Below are positions 24,113 to 37,516 of a DNA stretch of 64,000 nt, in pieces (the stretch's first letter is position 1; every line of letters starts with the position of its first letter). This DNA comes from Octopus sinensis (Eukaryota), in the NCBI RefSeq assembly GCF_006345805.1, contig NC_042998.1:19778001-19842000 (forward strand), given 5' to 3'. Below the pieces are notes generated by a model. The model saw nothing but the letters and a program-made list of their open reading frames with translations, was not told the DNA's origin and ran no database searches. The position numbers were made by a program, and so were the translations under genes.

Positions 24113-24690
24113 GTGGAGTCGCAATGGCCCAGTGGTTAGAGCAGCGGACTCGCGGTCGTAAGAACGCGGTTTCGATTCCCAGACTGGGCATTGCGAGTTT
24201 TTTTATTGAGCAAAAACAACTAAGCTCCATGAGGCTACGGTGGAAGGGGGTTTACTCTTTCAACCCCGCTGTCCTCTTTCACCACAACTTTCTCTCCCTC
24301 TTTCTTCCTACTTCTGCCACAAAGCAGAGGAACCATGGTGTAACCTACTATGGTGTAGTAAACTTTCAGACCCTAGTTTAGATTGCGAATCTTCTGTACC
24401 TGACGATGGTTCAGCTCTCCACCCGTTAAAATCCACCGTTTACGGAATGAGGATAATAACGTAGCTTTCGCGCCCGTGCAACTGCCAGTCTATCGTGTGT
24501 GGTAGGTGGACCTTGAAGTTGCCACACGCATTCTTACTAGATTAGAGTAGGCTCGAATTAGAGATTATTCTTTGTGGCTAATGGCGTGAGGCCTGATTGG
24601 AAGAAGAAGAAGAAAAAGAAAAAGAAAAAGAAGAACAACAACAACAACAATGAGCAGAACAAGAAGAACAAGAAGATCAAGACGAAGCAG
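24113..24690 (+). mobile_element. SINE family C, tail type 3, ending in an (AAG)n/(AAC)n tail
   Basis: Same tRNA-like head and body as the other C copies to about 24310, then an unrelated ~290-bp segment ending GGCGTGAGGCCTGATTGG(AAG)n. Confidence 0.7.
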
Positions 24691-26805
24691 TAGCGTTATC
24701 ATCTTTAACTGGACTGTTTCTCACGTAGCTTTCTAGGTTTAAATGTTACTACAGCTTCCATCTTGTTCAATTTCGTTATTCCCGGGTTACTTTAATTTCG
24801 TTGGTATGTGATATTTGCCTGTGATATTTCATATGTCTATACCAGAGGATATCGCATGCATTTAACAACGAAAATAAGTGATATTCCGAGTGTACAAAAT
24901 TTGTTTTGGTTTAGTCACATTTATTTTTATTCCATAAACGTTGTGTGTGTATTGCATTAGGCGAGGCAGAATTTCTTGTTCTAAAATGCTGATGACAAGG
25001 CCAATGTTACTGCAAGCTGTTAAGAATGGACAGAAATTGCTTGAATTCTGGATTCGTGCTGGATAAACAATCCTCAACCATCAGCAAACATTTGTTCATA
25101 GAGAATTAGATGCTTGTCCTTAGATCTTGACTGAAATCTGTAGAATTTTTTTTAAATGTGCAAACGTATCTGTATGCTAACTTCAAATAAATGTTTTCTC
25201 AACGCTTCATGTGGCATAACAGAAAAAGTCTTTACAGCCTCTTTTTAAATATAGTTTGAGTCAAAAACATTAGATACGCTTCTCTTGCTCTTAAACTGCG
25301 CTAGCATGATATCATATAACTGGCACACTATAAGGAACGATATAACTTTGCAGAAATAACAGGTAGCACACCATATTGTTGTTTTATGTATGCCTTGGTA
25401 AGATCAAAACAGTTCCTCTGCAATGTGTGATTGTAATGTACTCAGTTTGTGTTTATCAATCTTACTGTTAAAGTCATATTGTCAATGCTTTGTCGCAAGT
25501 AAGTGCCACTGGTTTTCAAGTGTGAGGGTATTGGTTACAAGAAAATGAAGGAGATAAGGTTGTTCAGCATTATTGTTCGTAAGAATATTGCTAGTGTGGT
25601 GGCAACCAATCCTCCGGCTGTCCAAAATAAAACAAAAAGAAATGTTTCCATTTGCTAGCTTTATGAATACCGGCAAATGTCTGTCGGCTGCAACTCCTGA
25701 CAGAAGATTTGCCATTTCTAGATGGCGGGATGAGATTTGAAAACCAAATGCGCAGAAGACCGAACAGGTACAACAAAAGATTTAATTAGAATTTCCAGCA
25801 ATCATATCAATGCACTGCTTATAACTAGACCATTTTTATCGATTCCAAAAAGATATAAGTTCAATTAATTGTTGGGGATTATATCAGAGCGCAGAGAAGC
25901 GGAAGGCGTTCTCCCTTACAGTGTAACACTGTAAAATTGCTATGCTGATGAAGGACTTCTATTATAGTTTCTTGTGAACCCCGCATTTCCTTTTTTTATT
26001 TTTGTATCTTCTATAGTATCTGATATCGCTAAAATATCTTTGATTTCGTAAGATATACTTGCTACTTCAATGACCAAAAGTATACCAGTAAACAAAATCT
26101 AAACAATTACATGTACATACAATATTTTGCTTCTGCCTGAGTACATCTATTTTCTTTGATTCAACGCAACTTAAATATCTGTAACACAACTTCTAAGCGT
26201 GTGAAACAGTGAATGAAAAGGAAAAGAAGTATCAAATTATCCATGAATATAAACTATATACCCTGTGGTGAAAACTCTTGATCTTTGGTCTGTTAAATAA
26301 AGAGTAACTACTCAAATCCTGTTGAGCGCTCTCTGCAAACCAAAAATAATGAATTGAAATGGAATATCAACTTCTTCAGGTTTTGGAAAAAAACATAAAA
26401 AAGAACACAAGAAGCACAGTATGTCTTGGAGAATATAAAAGAGTATTCAAGTGCAATCTTCAAAAAAGCATGGCTGTAATAGGAGTAAACCGTACCACGG
26501 ACAGAAAAAAATAACCCACGCCACAGGACAACAGCTACCTGTTTGAAAATTCCACGGATAGCTATGGCGGAGGTGACATAACTGTCAGGTGTGTTTGTGG
26601 AAACCTGTCTAATTACGTAATACATATATGTGTGTGTGAGTGTCTTCAATTTGAAGACTCCACTAGAGTGGACGAAAGCGCTATATATATATATATATAT
26701 ATGATATATGAAATATGATTTATAAAAACATGTAACGTACTAATAAATATCTGTAAATATAAAACTATCCAGATTTCTGAGTACCTCATTTCTTCTAATA
26801 TATAT

Positions 26806-26857
<52 letters not shown>

Positions 26858-26915
26858 TGTATGTATGTATGTATATATATATAAAGATACAGTTGAATTA
26901 GCTACTAAAATCGAG

Positions 26916-28842
26916 GCATATAGATTTCCAAATTAAAGGATAAACCATTATTTTTTAGCAAATTTTCATCAGTACAAGACACGAAAATAATTACCGTGTC
27001 TCCTTTTGCTATTTATGTGGCAGAATAAATTTAGTGGGGGAATATATACATGAAGCCTACTATAATTTAGAGTGGCATAGGAAAATAATAGGGGTAAAGG
27101 AACAGAAATGATGATATAGATACATTTATATTTATCTTTATCACAATCAAAAGACTTAATGCAGCCTATTGTCTACAAACCCTTAGAATTAAATTCATTG
27201 TGAATTGACAGTTATGTTCTTGTTGGCGATGATAAATTAATCAATGTCAAATATTCTCATCGACCACTATATTACTGGAACCATATATCCAACCCTTATC
27301 TACATAAAAAGACATGTCTCAGAGCTGCATGTAAGATAATGACAGATAGATAAGAGGTAATAAGGGGAAACAGGAAGGTCAGGGTTGGCTAAACATATTA
27401 AGATTATCAAATAAAAGGGTCATGAAATTGGAAAGCAAAAGAGGTCAAATAAGTTCTAAGTGTGGGAATTAAAAAGTGAGAGTAATGCAGTGTATCCTAA
27501 CTTAGCAAAAGTTATAGATTAAAAATTTAGAAAAGGATTTTAGAACCATGTAAGAGATAGTAGATATATCAATGTAAACCTAAAAGCAAGGTACTTTGAT
27601 ATATAAGAGAAAGTTCATAGGGCTTTTTCCTGGCATATTGCTAAGGTGATCGTGCTAAAATTATTCAACATTTAAATTATAATTAAATTATTTTCTAGTC
27701 TTGGCACAAAGCCCGAAATTTGGGGCGAGGGGGTCAATCGATTATATCGACCCAGTACGCAACTGGTACTTAAGGATAAAAGGCAAATTCGACGTCGGTG
27801 GAATCTGAACCCAGAATGTAAAGAGAGACATGCTAAGGTTTCTGCCAACTCGTCGCTTTTATAATTTAATTTAGATATCATCAGAGTAGACGGACACAGT
27901 TTATATTGACTCAAAACCAGAGATTAAAGGTAAAAGATATAAGATAAAATTTCTATATTTTACAAATTTAAAACATCTTGAAAAAAACACCTAATTGATA
28001 ATAATTACTAATCGATTAGACCGTAGAATATCTTGTGTACGTACGATCACCTGGACCTTCAAATATTTTAGAAACAGGTAATATTATACATATCATACTA
28101 TAATTTGGTGGCAGAAATTATTTGGGATGTCATATTATTCATAACATACCCTCTATTGTATAGAAACATACATAATAATCCTCTCTTATAAGCCCTACCT
28201 TTTTAATTTGCATTTTTTTCTATACTTATATTACATCAATTTCCGTTCAATTTCTTCCCTATTTGTTATAATATGTATATTTGCATTGGATTACCAGATA
28301 TTACGCCTCCCTTAACCATATTGGATGCCCCCCGTGAACTGTTATTATTCTACACATATCTGTGTCTATAATAATATATTTTTAAAATATTTTATAAAAC
28401 CCTTTCCAATGGTATCATTATATTTCATTTATCTTTTAGTTAGCTTTTGTTATGCATACCTTGGCTTCTTCTTTTTTTTTATTTTCTTCTCCTTTTATAT
28501 CCCTTATACATTTTATGGCATTCGCAATGTAAACTTTTTTATCGTTTTTTTATTGTTTCATTTTCTAAATTTTTATTGGAATTTTATACAAACATTTTTT
28601 GTCTTTCACTTATTTTCATTTTATTCATCCTTTATTTTATTTATTCTTTCATCTTACATTATTGTGTTTTTCATATATCTATTTACCCTCATATATACTA
28701 GTGTAATTTCTATTGTTTGTGGAGGAGTTTGTAACTTCTATTCATAAAATACAAGGTATAATATAATACAATATGATATTTATATTTATAATTGCACTCT
28801 ATATTTCATAAATTCTATAAATGTTTTCTTTCTATGTATGTA

Positions 28843-28912
<70 letters not shown>

Positions 28913-29878
28913 TGATATTTTTATGTATACGTATGTGGTATTTTTATACTTTCTTATATCCTTTCATGTTTTTTTTCATTATGTTGGTAATTTTTTATAT
29001 AAAAATTGTTTCAATGTGTTTTAAATAGGCTTACCCGGTATAGAGATTTTTATCATATTTTTTCTAGCCTTTAATCTCTGGTTTTGAGTCAGTATAAACT
29101 GTGTGCTCCTACTATGATTATATCTTAATTCAATTATAGATTCATTGTGGAAGTGTTAGCATGGCCACCGTAGTAATATACGACGAAAAGGCCCTATGAG
29201 CTTTCTTTTATAGACTAAAGTACCCAACTTTTAAAGTTTAGTTTTTTTATCTCTCCTCTTTCTCTTAAGTGGTCCTAAGATCTTTTTCTAAATTTTTAGT
29301 ATATAAATTTTGATAAGGTAGAATACACCTCATTACGCTCACTTTTAAGTCCCCCACTTAGAACTCATTTTGACCTCTTTTGTTATCCAATTTTATTCCC
29401 CTTTCATTTGGTAATTTTAATGTTTAACCATCCCTGACCTTCGTCTTTCTGCTTATTACCTCTTATATATCTGTAATTATCTTACAAGGAACTCTGAGAC
29501 ATATTCTTTTATGTAGATAAGGGCTGGATATAAATGGTCCGATATAAATAGTAGCCGGGGAGAATATATGACATTCATTAATTTATCACCACCAACAAGA
29601 CCTTAACTGTGAATTCGCAATGGATTTAGTTCTAAGAGCTTGTAGACAACATGCTGCATTAAGTAGCTATATCACCATTCTCTTTCTTATTATTTTCCTA
29701 TTATTTTCCTATCCCGCTCTAAATTAGAGTAGCCTTCAGGTATACATTTTTTCCCTAAATTCATTCTGCCACAAAAATAGCAAAAGAAAACGATGTAATT
29801 ATTTTAGTCCCGTGAACACATGAAAATTTGGCAAATATAATGGTTTTATCCGTTGTGTTGGAAATCAATATGGTGGTT
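26916..29878. repeat. Long diverged inverted repeat, arms about 26916-27990 and 28995-29878
   Basis: Colinear anchors, e.g. GCTATTTATGTGGCAGAATAAATTTAG versus CTAAATTCATTCTGCCACAAAAATAGC, and TATATTGACTCAAAACCAGAGATTAAAGG versus CCTTTAATCTCTGGTTTTGAGTCAGTATA; the left arm carries a SINE insertion. Confidence 0.85.
27692..27857 (-). mobile_element. Old SINE B3-type copy inserted in the left arm of the inverted repeat
   Basis: B-family blocks GGCACAAAGCCCGAAATTT...ATCGACCCAGTACGCAACTGGTACTT...CTGCCAACTCGTCGC; absent from the right arm. Confidence 0.8.
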
Positions 29879-30730
29879 TGCACCCGGAGAGAGCGGTTTA
29901 TTTCAAATTGATATAATGGTGTTTCATTGATCGTTTAAATAAAGTCCGCTTGAAATGAACGTAAAGTACTGATACCTGGAATATGTGCTAACTATTTGCT
30001 TCATACATTACCTATATAATTATAATTATATATATGTAGGAGGTTGAAAAGAAACACACGAATTGGTATGTATAAAAATATAAGACAATGTAGAAAATGC
30101 TAGAATAAGTTTATCATGAAGAACGTTTTAGTACAGGTCTCTGTTTTTGTGAGTTTTTTCAACTTAGGGTAGAGCATGGAAAACAACTAAATTGTGGAAA
30201 AATTCAATGAAATCTGTTTTTAAAATGTTTCCATACTTTTCAAATGCAAGGGACATTTTCCTTTTTTGTGTGTCTCTCTTTTTTCACTCATGTGATGACT
30301 TGGTAGCAGGTAGCAGGTAGTAGTAGTCCTCATATTTGATATGAGTTCTTGGTTTTGATTGTTTAAGCAGCCGTAGTAACTGAGAAAGGAGGCGAAGAAG
30401 AGGAAATAGAAGAAGAAGGAAAGGAGAAGATGAAGAGGGAGTAGGAAAAGAAGAGAAAGAATGATAATGAATAATATGCTGGAGTGGTATGTCAGTAGTA
30501 GGATGTTGGTCGAATTCTCTTAAATGGTCAAGTAACCTAAAGGTAACCTGTTGTGGTTGTAATAGTAGTGATTGGAATTGTTCTGAATAAATTCATGGGT
30601 AGTGATTCTTCTGAATATATCGTTTTTAATATTTGCGTGGGTATTATTCTAAGGTCCTTTTAATATAGTGTTATTTGTGGTGGACACATCCAAATGATGT
30701 TTACATTTTGTGATAAAATATGACTCTTTA

Positions 30731-31990
30731 CTAATCCAAATGATGTTCATATTTTGTGATAAAATATGACTCTTTACTAATACGCTGAGTGCAGGTTTCA
30801 TCGTTCCTGAATTTATAGAGGGGAAACATTCTGGAGCTGGGTTGTATGTTAGTGGAGCAAAAATTGACGTGTTCTCTGAATGCTATTTTTCTGTATTCCC
30901 GAATTTTGATCCGGGATCTATGTAGAGCCATCCGTTAACGTAAACTGTTTTTGGTTTGGCCAATGTATTGCTCTCGATACCCAGAGCAAGTTAATATATA
31001 TATTAGGTTCTCCGAAGCATATGTGAAGTTATTTTTCACTGTAAAACGTTGACGCTGTTTGAAGGAGAACTTCGATCCCTCAATTAGGTTGACGCATATA
31101 CCACAATTAGGTCTCCCGCATTTTTTTACTGACAGCTTCAGTGTTGTTGTCGAGCATACGTCGGCTTGTGTTAGGAGACTTTTCATAGATTTGGGTTGTC
31201 TACCGCTCTGTATGATGGTGTACGTTTGGAGGATTAAATTCATTCTGTGGTTCCCTTTTAGTAGGGGAATGTTCTGGAGGATGGTGTATATAGTTAAAAG
31301 AATTGTGTGTGGAGATGTATGGTAGGGCTTTTGGTTGTAAAGCCTTCTTTAATTTGGGATGCATGAGTTCGTGGATGTTGTATTGTAGGGCACGTTGAAA
31401 GCGTATACCAATTAGTGATGGTGGGTAGTTCCTGGTAATGAGTGTATCCTTTAATTCATGTAGACGTGTGTCGCTGGTGCTTGTATTAGAAACTATTGTA
31501 CAAATCATTTTCGCTAGGTTAAAAGGGATATTCATTCTGGTCTGTCTGGGGTGGCATGAATTGAATGGTAGATATTGCTTGGAGTCCATGGGCTTATAAT
31601 ATATATCTGTTTCTATTTCATTGTTAGATTTCTTATTGAAGATATCGCGGAATGGTAGTTGTTGATGGCTATATTCCATTGTAAGATTAATGTTTACGTC
31701 AAGTCCATCTATAAGTGCTTGAAATTCTTTAAGTAACTGTGTATTTTCATGCCAAAGAATGAAACAATCAGCCAGATACCTCTTCAAGTTATTTTCTATG
31801 TAGAGGGAGAATGGGTTGCTGTATTTTTCTAGTACGTTACGATAAAGTTTGACTTCTAGATATCCCATGACTAGGTTAGCAAATGATGGGGCCATTCTCG
31901 TACCCACCGCAGTTCCAAATTTTTGTCGATATAAGTTGTCTTTGAAGTTCTCCAGTACGAGTTTGACTTCTCATGAGGGAGACTATACAA
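30731..31990 (-). pseudogene. Penelope-like retroelement relic: RT palm/thumb plus GIY-YIG endonuclease
   Basis: GTAVGTRMAPSFANLVMGY, KRYLADCFILW (catalytic YxDD decayed to YLAD), TDIYYKPMDSKQYLPFNSCHP; then CGRPNCGIC...NLIYILTC...YIGQT (CCHH/GIY-YIG). Several frameshifts. Flanking sequence (about 29880-30730 and 32000-33050) probably belongs to it but cannot be bounded. Confidence 0.93.
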
Positions 31991-34900
31991 TGTTTTCTGC
32001 TTCTCCTTTCATATGTATATACACTGCTGCCTTGTTTCAGTTATGTTTGTATTGTTTTTGTTTTCACTTACGCTCCTCTGATGTCGGATTTTCATAGCGG
32101 CAAAGTTTAGCTCCTGCTTAAGGGTGATCGGTTTGCATTTTGAGTGTTCTTTTGTTATCTCGAAGCATCGCATTTATCTCCTTCTTCACTGTCTCGTGGA
32201 GAGCGCTATAAGGATTTACTTTCTTTCAAGTAATAAGCATCGCCACATGCAGATCGTCTTCCATAACTCAGCTATCTTTCTCTCACTATCTTCAAAACCC
32301 ATAATGGCACTTTACACATTGTTTCGATTTCGTTTAACTGAGTGTCGTCCGTATGCTATGTTGCCGTAGTGAACAGGGCATATGGATAGGTGTTAATCAG
32401 ATAGAATGAAGGTTCATAGCACTGCTGTAAATTAGCCATTAATAAGTTTTACTTCTAGCTGGTACTGCAAATGACATGTGAGGATATTGTGTGCGTAACA
32501 TTAACTTTTTCCTGCATATCCCAGCATGTAGCATTTGCATTTCTTTAACAGGGCTGCCAAAGGATTGACAGCCAGTACAAACAGCATTACAGATAGTTTA
32601 TCTTCTTGAAGAATGCCTTTTAATAGCTTAATTTAATTTGTTACCAAATGTGTTGCTTTAGTAGGTTTCGGTGATAACTGTGTGGACCATGTTGCAGTGA
32701 GACTTTCAATGGCATTCACTAGAGCATCTGATAATTTTTGCAAGGTGTAGTGAGTCTATCAACTATGAGTGGTCAACAGAGTCTAACGTCTTCTTTTAGT
32801 CTAGCCATATCGTTAAGAGATTACGGCGATGTTGCTTGGCTTTCTTTAGGACAACTTTGTTGAGGAGGGTCTGTTCAGAACAGCCTCAGGCCCCTGTCTT
32901 TGCGCTTGCTCTTTCATTGGTTATCTTTTCATTTGTTTGAAAGTGATTTGGAAAAACATATTCCGACATGTCTGTATGTATTCAGAGCATCTTTGGTTTG
33001 GAGATTATAGTGATCATGTCATCCTGACATTCCTATAGAACGAAAATTTTGAAAGACACAAAAATGGAGTCACAGGTTTGTAGAGTAGAGGAGGGAGCTT
33101 AGAAGTAATAGAATGAATACATAATACCTTTATAGCATATGCCCTGTACAACTAACGTTGTCATTAGGATTAGATTCAAAACCACATCTCACTCAGAAAA
33201 CAACATGCATTATAAAAGAAAAATAAAAGTGTATTTCACTACATTAATGAACACTATATAATAAGAATATTTCCATCAAGATCAATAATTTGATAATGAA
33301 CTTGCTAGCTAAGATCCGGTGAAAAATTCTGTTCTTAAAAAAAAAAGTTTTATATAACATTTGCATTTACCAATAACTTTTTTTGAATTATTTAAATTCT
33401 AAATAACTGCTACATATCTGAAATTCGCCAAATTGCAAATGAAGCAAAATATTTGCATATTATATCATGTAAACATGCAAAAATATTGAATCAGGCCAAA
33501 TGATGGGAATTTTACTAAAGACATTATCGGAACTTTTAATCACGCATCCATAAGCATTAAATGATTTCCATGACGAGTGATGAGTGTTATAGAAGCATAT
33601 GAGATATTTCAAGATGTAACCTGCTGGGATATTACATTCATTTCCATTACGAAACCACACTCATTTATATATATAATGATAAAATAAAATTGTAGGTTGC
33701 TGTAAAAAAGCACTTAGCTTTCTTGGGAACATTAATACATACATCGTGTGAGCCAGTTTCAATTCATATATGAATACTTTGGGAAAGACACCTTCCGGAG
33801 TTACTAACTCTATTTAAAAAGTTGGCGGATACTACTGCTGGAATATTTCGAGATTTGAATTTTCTAAACATACAAGAATTGAGTTCTGCAGTTGGAATTT
33901 AAATGTTTTCGATACTATTAAATTATTTGAGAAGAAACAGTTGCTACCTGGAATCAAAATCAAGAGACAGATTCATGTTATTAACAGTTAAGTTTTTGTA
34001 TCATTATATATATAACTTAGAAAATATTGGTTTTCATATGCATGTTACTTTACACTTTATTTCACACTGTTTTTCGTAACATATATGTTACTTCTTATCT
34101 TAGTCTGCCGTTTTGATTCATAAACAAATGATATGTATCCAAATGTTTGTAACACAAACTATTGGATTTTAAATCAAAAAAATGGTTGACATACAACAGA
34201 GAAATATACTAAAATTTAATATATCGAATGCCGTATTTTACACCATTGATAATGGATAACAAAAATTCATAAGAACATTTCCTAATAATCGGTCCTTTTA
34301 TATGTTTGTTTTGTTTCAATAAAATGAATATGTACATATAGCTAAATCAGGACCATCGGTGTATTTCTAACAATAATGATATTTTCTCATATTATAAATT
34401 CATCAGTGAAAGGATAATGCTGAAATAATGCATTCCCTCTTTTGTCGAATATTAGTGGAAGCATCGAATAACATGAATGATGGTATAATATTTCCTGGTC
34501 TAGCTAATGAGATAGCAACTAATTTGAATGGAATTATATACGAATTTGAATGAAATTGTATATTGAAAATTGATGCGAATTACCATGAAGAAAATTGAAT
34601 AATAAATTGAAAAATAAATATTGATATATAACCTGAGCAGAGAATTTAAAGTCTGCAGAGTAAAATAAGTTTTGCTGCGTTTGAAAAAAAAGGTATGAAT
34701 AATGTATTTCTCTTTATCCGATGAATGACAGAAGCAAATAATACACAAGCCATCGAATTTTACGTTCAGATAATTCTATTCCAAAGAGATAATGCCGTTG
34801 TGTTAATATCTGTGCATTTGAAATGCTTTACATTTGAAATACTTTACATTTTTGGTCCATATCGTTTATCTGATTCATCGATTATCTCATATATTAATAT

Positions 34901-36423
34901 TTATGTTCAATATTCGGAGCAACACAAACACTGATATCAATAAATCGAAATTTAATGTCGGTAGTATAAAAAGTAGGAAGTAATAAATGACATTCAACAA
35001 TATAAAGTTGGAACAAAACAAACAATTTTAAGGGAACTTCTAGACTTTGAAATTCAGGATCAGACCAGTTTCTGTTTCATGATTAAATCACACGCAACGC
35101 TTGAAAGCGTAGCAGAGATTTTCTTAAATTAAAGGAACGGATGAATGTCACATTGGAATGAATTTCTTTTACATTCAGGCCATGGAAACCTGTTAAGAAC
35201 TGTGCAGGTTCGTTCCTTACAGCCATGGAATATAGATAATTTTTCTTTTCAGCCTTTCAAAATGCCGTTGCATTAAGGACTATAACATTTCTAGAGCAAT
35301 GTATGGCTAACGGTTTTTTCCCATAAAAGATTAAGGCTCTACGTATTTTTCTAAGATATGTATGATTAAAAGATATCACTTCTAATGTCTCAGTTTGACA
35401 CGTTTCGGTAAAATCTGAATAATGCGACAGTAATATAGAGTTGAAAGTTATATTCTATCGGAAATTACGACCATATTCCAAAAGTTGCATCAAAAATGTT
35501 AGAATATCTATAAATGTGTGATGAATGTGGCACATCAAAAAGAATATTTGATAAACCTAGATGAGCAAAAAAGACGAGAGATGAAGGTGATAAGTGTGCA
35601 TGCATAATTTGTAAATGACAAATATACGGTTTAAGATATATTAATCGAATTAGACAAAAATATCGAAAAGATAAATCAATTTATTCTATATATAATAACA
35701 AAAACGAAATATGTATGCCTTTGAGTATCTAAGAATATATGAAAAATAAATAATATTGTATTGTTTAAATTATGTAGGTGGAATAATTTATTAATAATTA
35801 GTAAATTTTGCTAGAATGTACTCCTACGAGTCTAAATAACTAAACCGCATATCAACTGTCGTGATATCACTTGTCTTTTCGCTTGATCAGTATACAATAA
35901 CTGCTAAATTTCTATCAATCTACATTTTTCAAGAGATACAAACTGAATGAATTAGTTCAGTATATACAGAGTATTTAAAAGAAATGGAATGGCCACATGT
36001 GGAATATTTTAGTATAAGTCAGCTCAATCAAGAATAATATAGAGTTAAGAGAATGAATAACTTCACAAAGTATCTATTTCTGTAATGAGACATACAATCA
36101 AAACAAGGAATTAAGTGTATAAACGCCAACTAATGTCAGAGTGCGAGTAAACATGTACGGATTTTATAAATGGGAAGGCAATGTTATATAATACAATGCC
36201 TGTATTTTGATAGATAAATATATTTTATTGTATGTAATTCTCAAATTCACATGATTCACTTTGCAACTATGAACATTCGATGCCAAATTTTGGATATAAA
36301 GTACAGAAATGCTTCGATACTCAATAAAGCTTACGAAGGTATTGAAAGTCCTAAAAATCATATGATTTTAAAAGTTATTTTGTTTCATATTGCTGTCATA
36401 ATTGAGCGATTTATGCAAGGAGT

Positions 36424-36800
36424 AAGGCGATGAGCTGACAAAATCGTTAGTACCGCTGGCGGAATGCTTAGCAGTGTTTCATCTGACTTTACGTTCTGAG
36501 TTAAAATTCCACCGAAGTCACCTTTACCTTTCATCCTTTCAGGGTCGATAAATTAGGTACCAGTTGCGTTCTGGGTTGATCCTCAGAAATACCAGGCCTT
36601 GTACCTAGAGTAGAAAAGAAAATCGTTAGCACGCCAAAAAATGTTTAGCAGTCTTTCGTCCCTCTTTGCGTTTTGAGTTCAAATTCCGCCGAGGTCGACT
36701 TTGCCTTTCATCCTTTCGGGGTTGTAAACATAGGTACCTGTAGAGCATTGGGGTCGTTGTAATTGACGTATCCTCACCCGCGAAATTCCTGGGAGCATGC
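36424..36800 (+). repeat. SINE B head-to-tail dimer
   Basis: First unit ends ...CCTAGAGTAGAAAAGAA and runs directly into AATCGTTAGCACGCC of a second unit lacking its first ~15 nt. Confidence 0.85.
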
Positions 36801-36874
36801 AGAGACTAACTAACAGCCAGGTAGATAAAAGGGCAAGGAAAAAATATTCATTAAATATCATTTTAGTTATTACA

Positions 36875-37078
36875 AGTTTCTATGGTCTATGTGTTCCCCA
36901 GCTGAACGGGACGCGAGTCCATCGCAGCGTTGCTCATTTTTGCCAGCTGCGTGAACTGGAGCAACGTGAAATGAAGTGTTTTGCTCAAGAACACAACGCG
37001 TCGCCCGGTCCAGGAATCGAAACCACAATCTTACAATCATGATGCTAACACCCTAACCACTAAGCCACGCGCCTCCAC
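36875..37078 (-). mobile_element. SINE family D (3' end shortened or diverged)
   Basis: Near-identical to 12830-13019. Confidence 0.9.
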
Positions 37079-37404
37079 GACAACATAATAGTGATAGAGA
37101 TAAAAAAAAAGCGGTATTTATCATAATGAAGAAAATCATGATTTAAAAGGATTCTATCCCTAGAATGACGACAGGAAAAATTTTCTTAGCTAGTTCCTCA
37201 AAACTACTCTACAAAGGTTGAGAAAAGTATGATATAAGGTCGTGAAGGATGAACAATGTAAAATAGCATTGCCAGAATGAGTGACGAGGTTAATTGTGGC
37301 AATTGAGTGTCACTGAATAATTTCTCCAATCCTCAGGGTTTTTATAACTGCCGTAAACCCGATTCTAAGTACTTTTCTCCACGGAAAAGAAACTTTTCCC
37401 GAAG

Positions 37405-37516
37405 ATTGGAATCGATGTTTTGACAGTAAAATTGACCAATGAAAAACATTGACCAATAAAAAAACAAAAGAGCGCAGACACGACTATGACGTCATGCGGC
37501 TGCTAAACTCTTATAA
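37405..37516 (+). promoter_or_regulatory. Candidate pol II promoter cluster (CCAAT x3, CRE, TATA-like)
   Basis: ATTGG 37405-37409; TGACCAAT with CCAAT at 37436-37440 and 37453-37457; palindromic ATGACGTCAT 37486-37495; TTATAA 37511-37516. Motif evidence only. Confidence 0.35.

Noticed and set aside
23874-24230. Poly-His/Arg/Gln ORF and its antisense poly-Met ORF
   Set aside because: A compound trinucleotide repeat running into a SINE head; no splice or start context.
26916-26975. CUGAUGA...GGAAA at the outer end of the long inverted repeat; similar CTGATGA hits at 11324, 14832, 25947, 40979 and 53845
   Set aside because: No consistent stem II/III/I geometry could be drawn, and the 7-mer is expected by chance.
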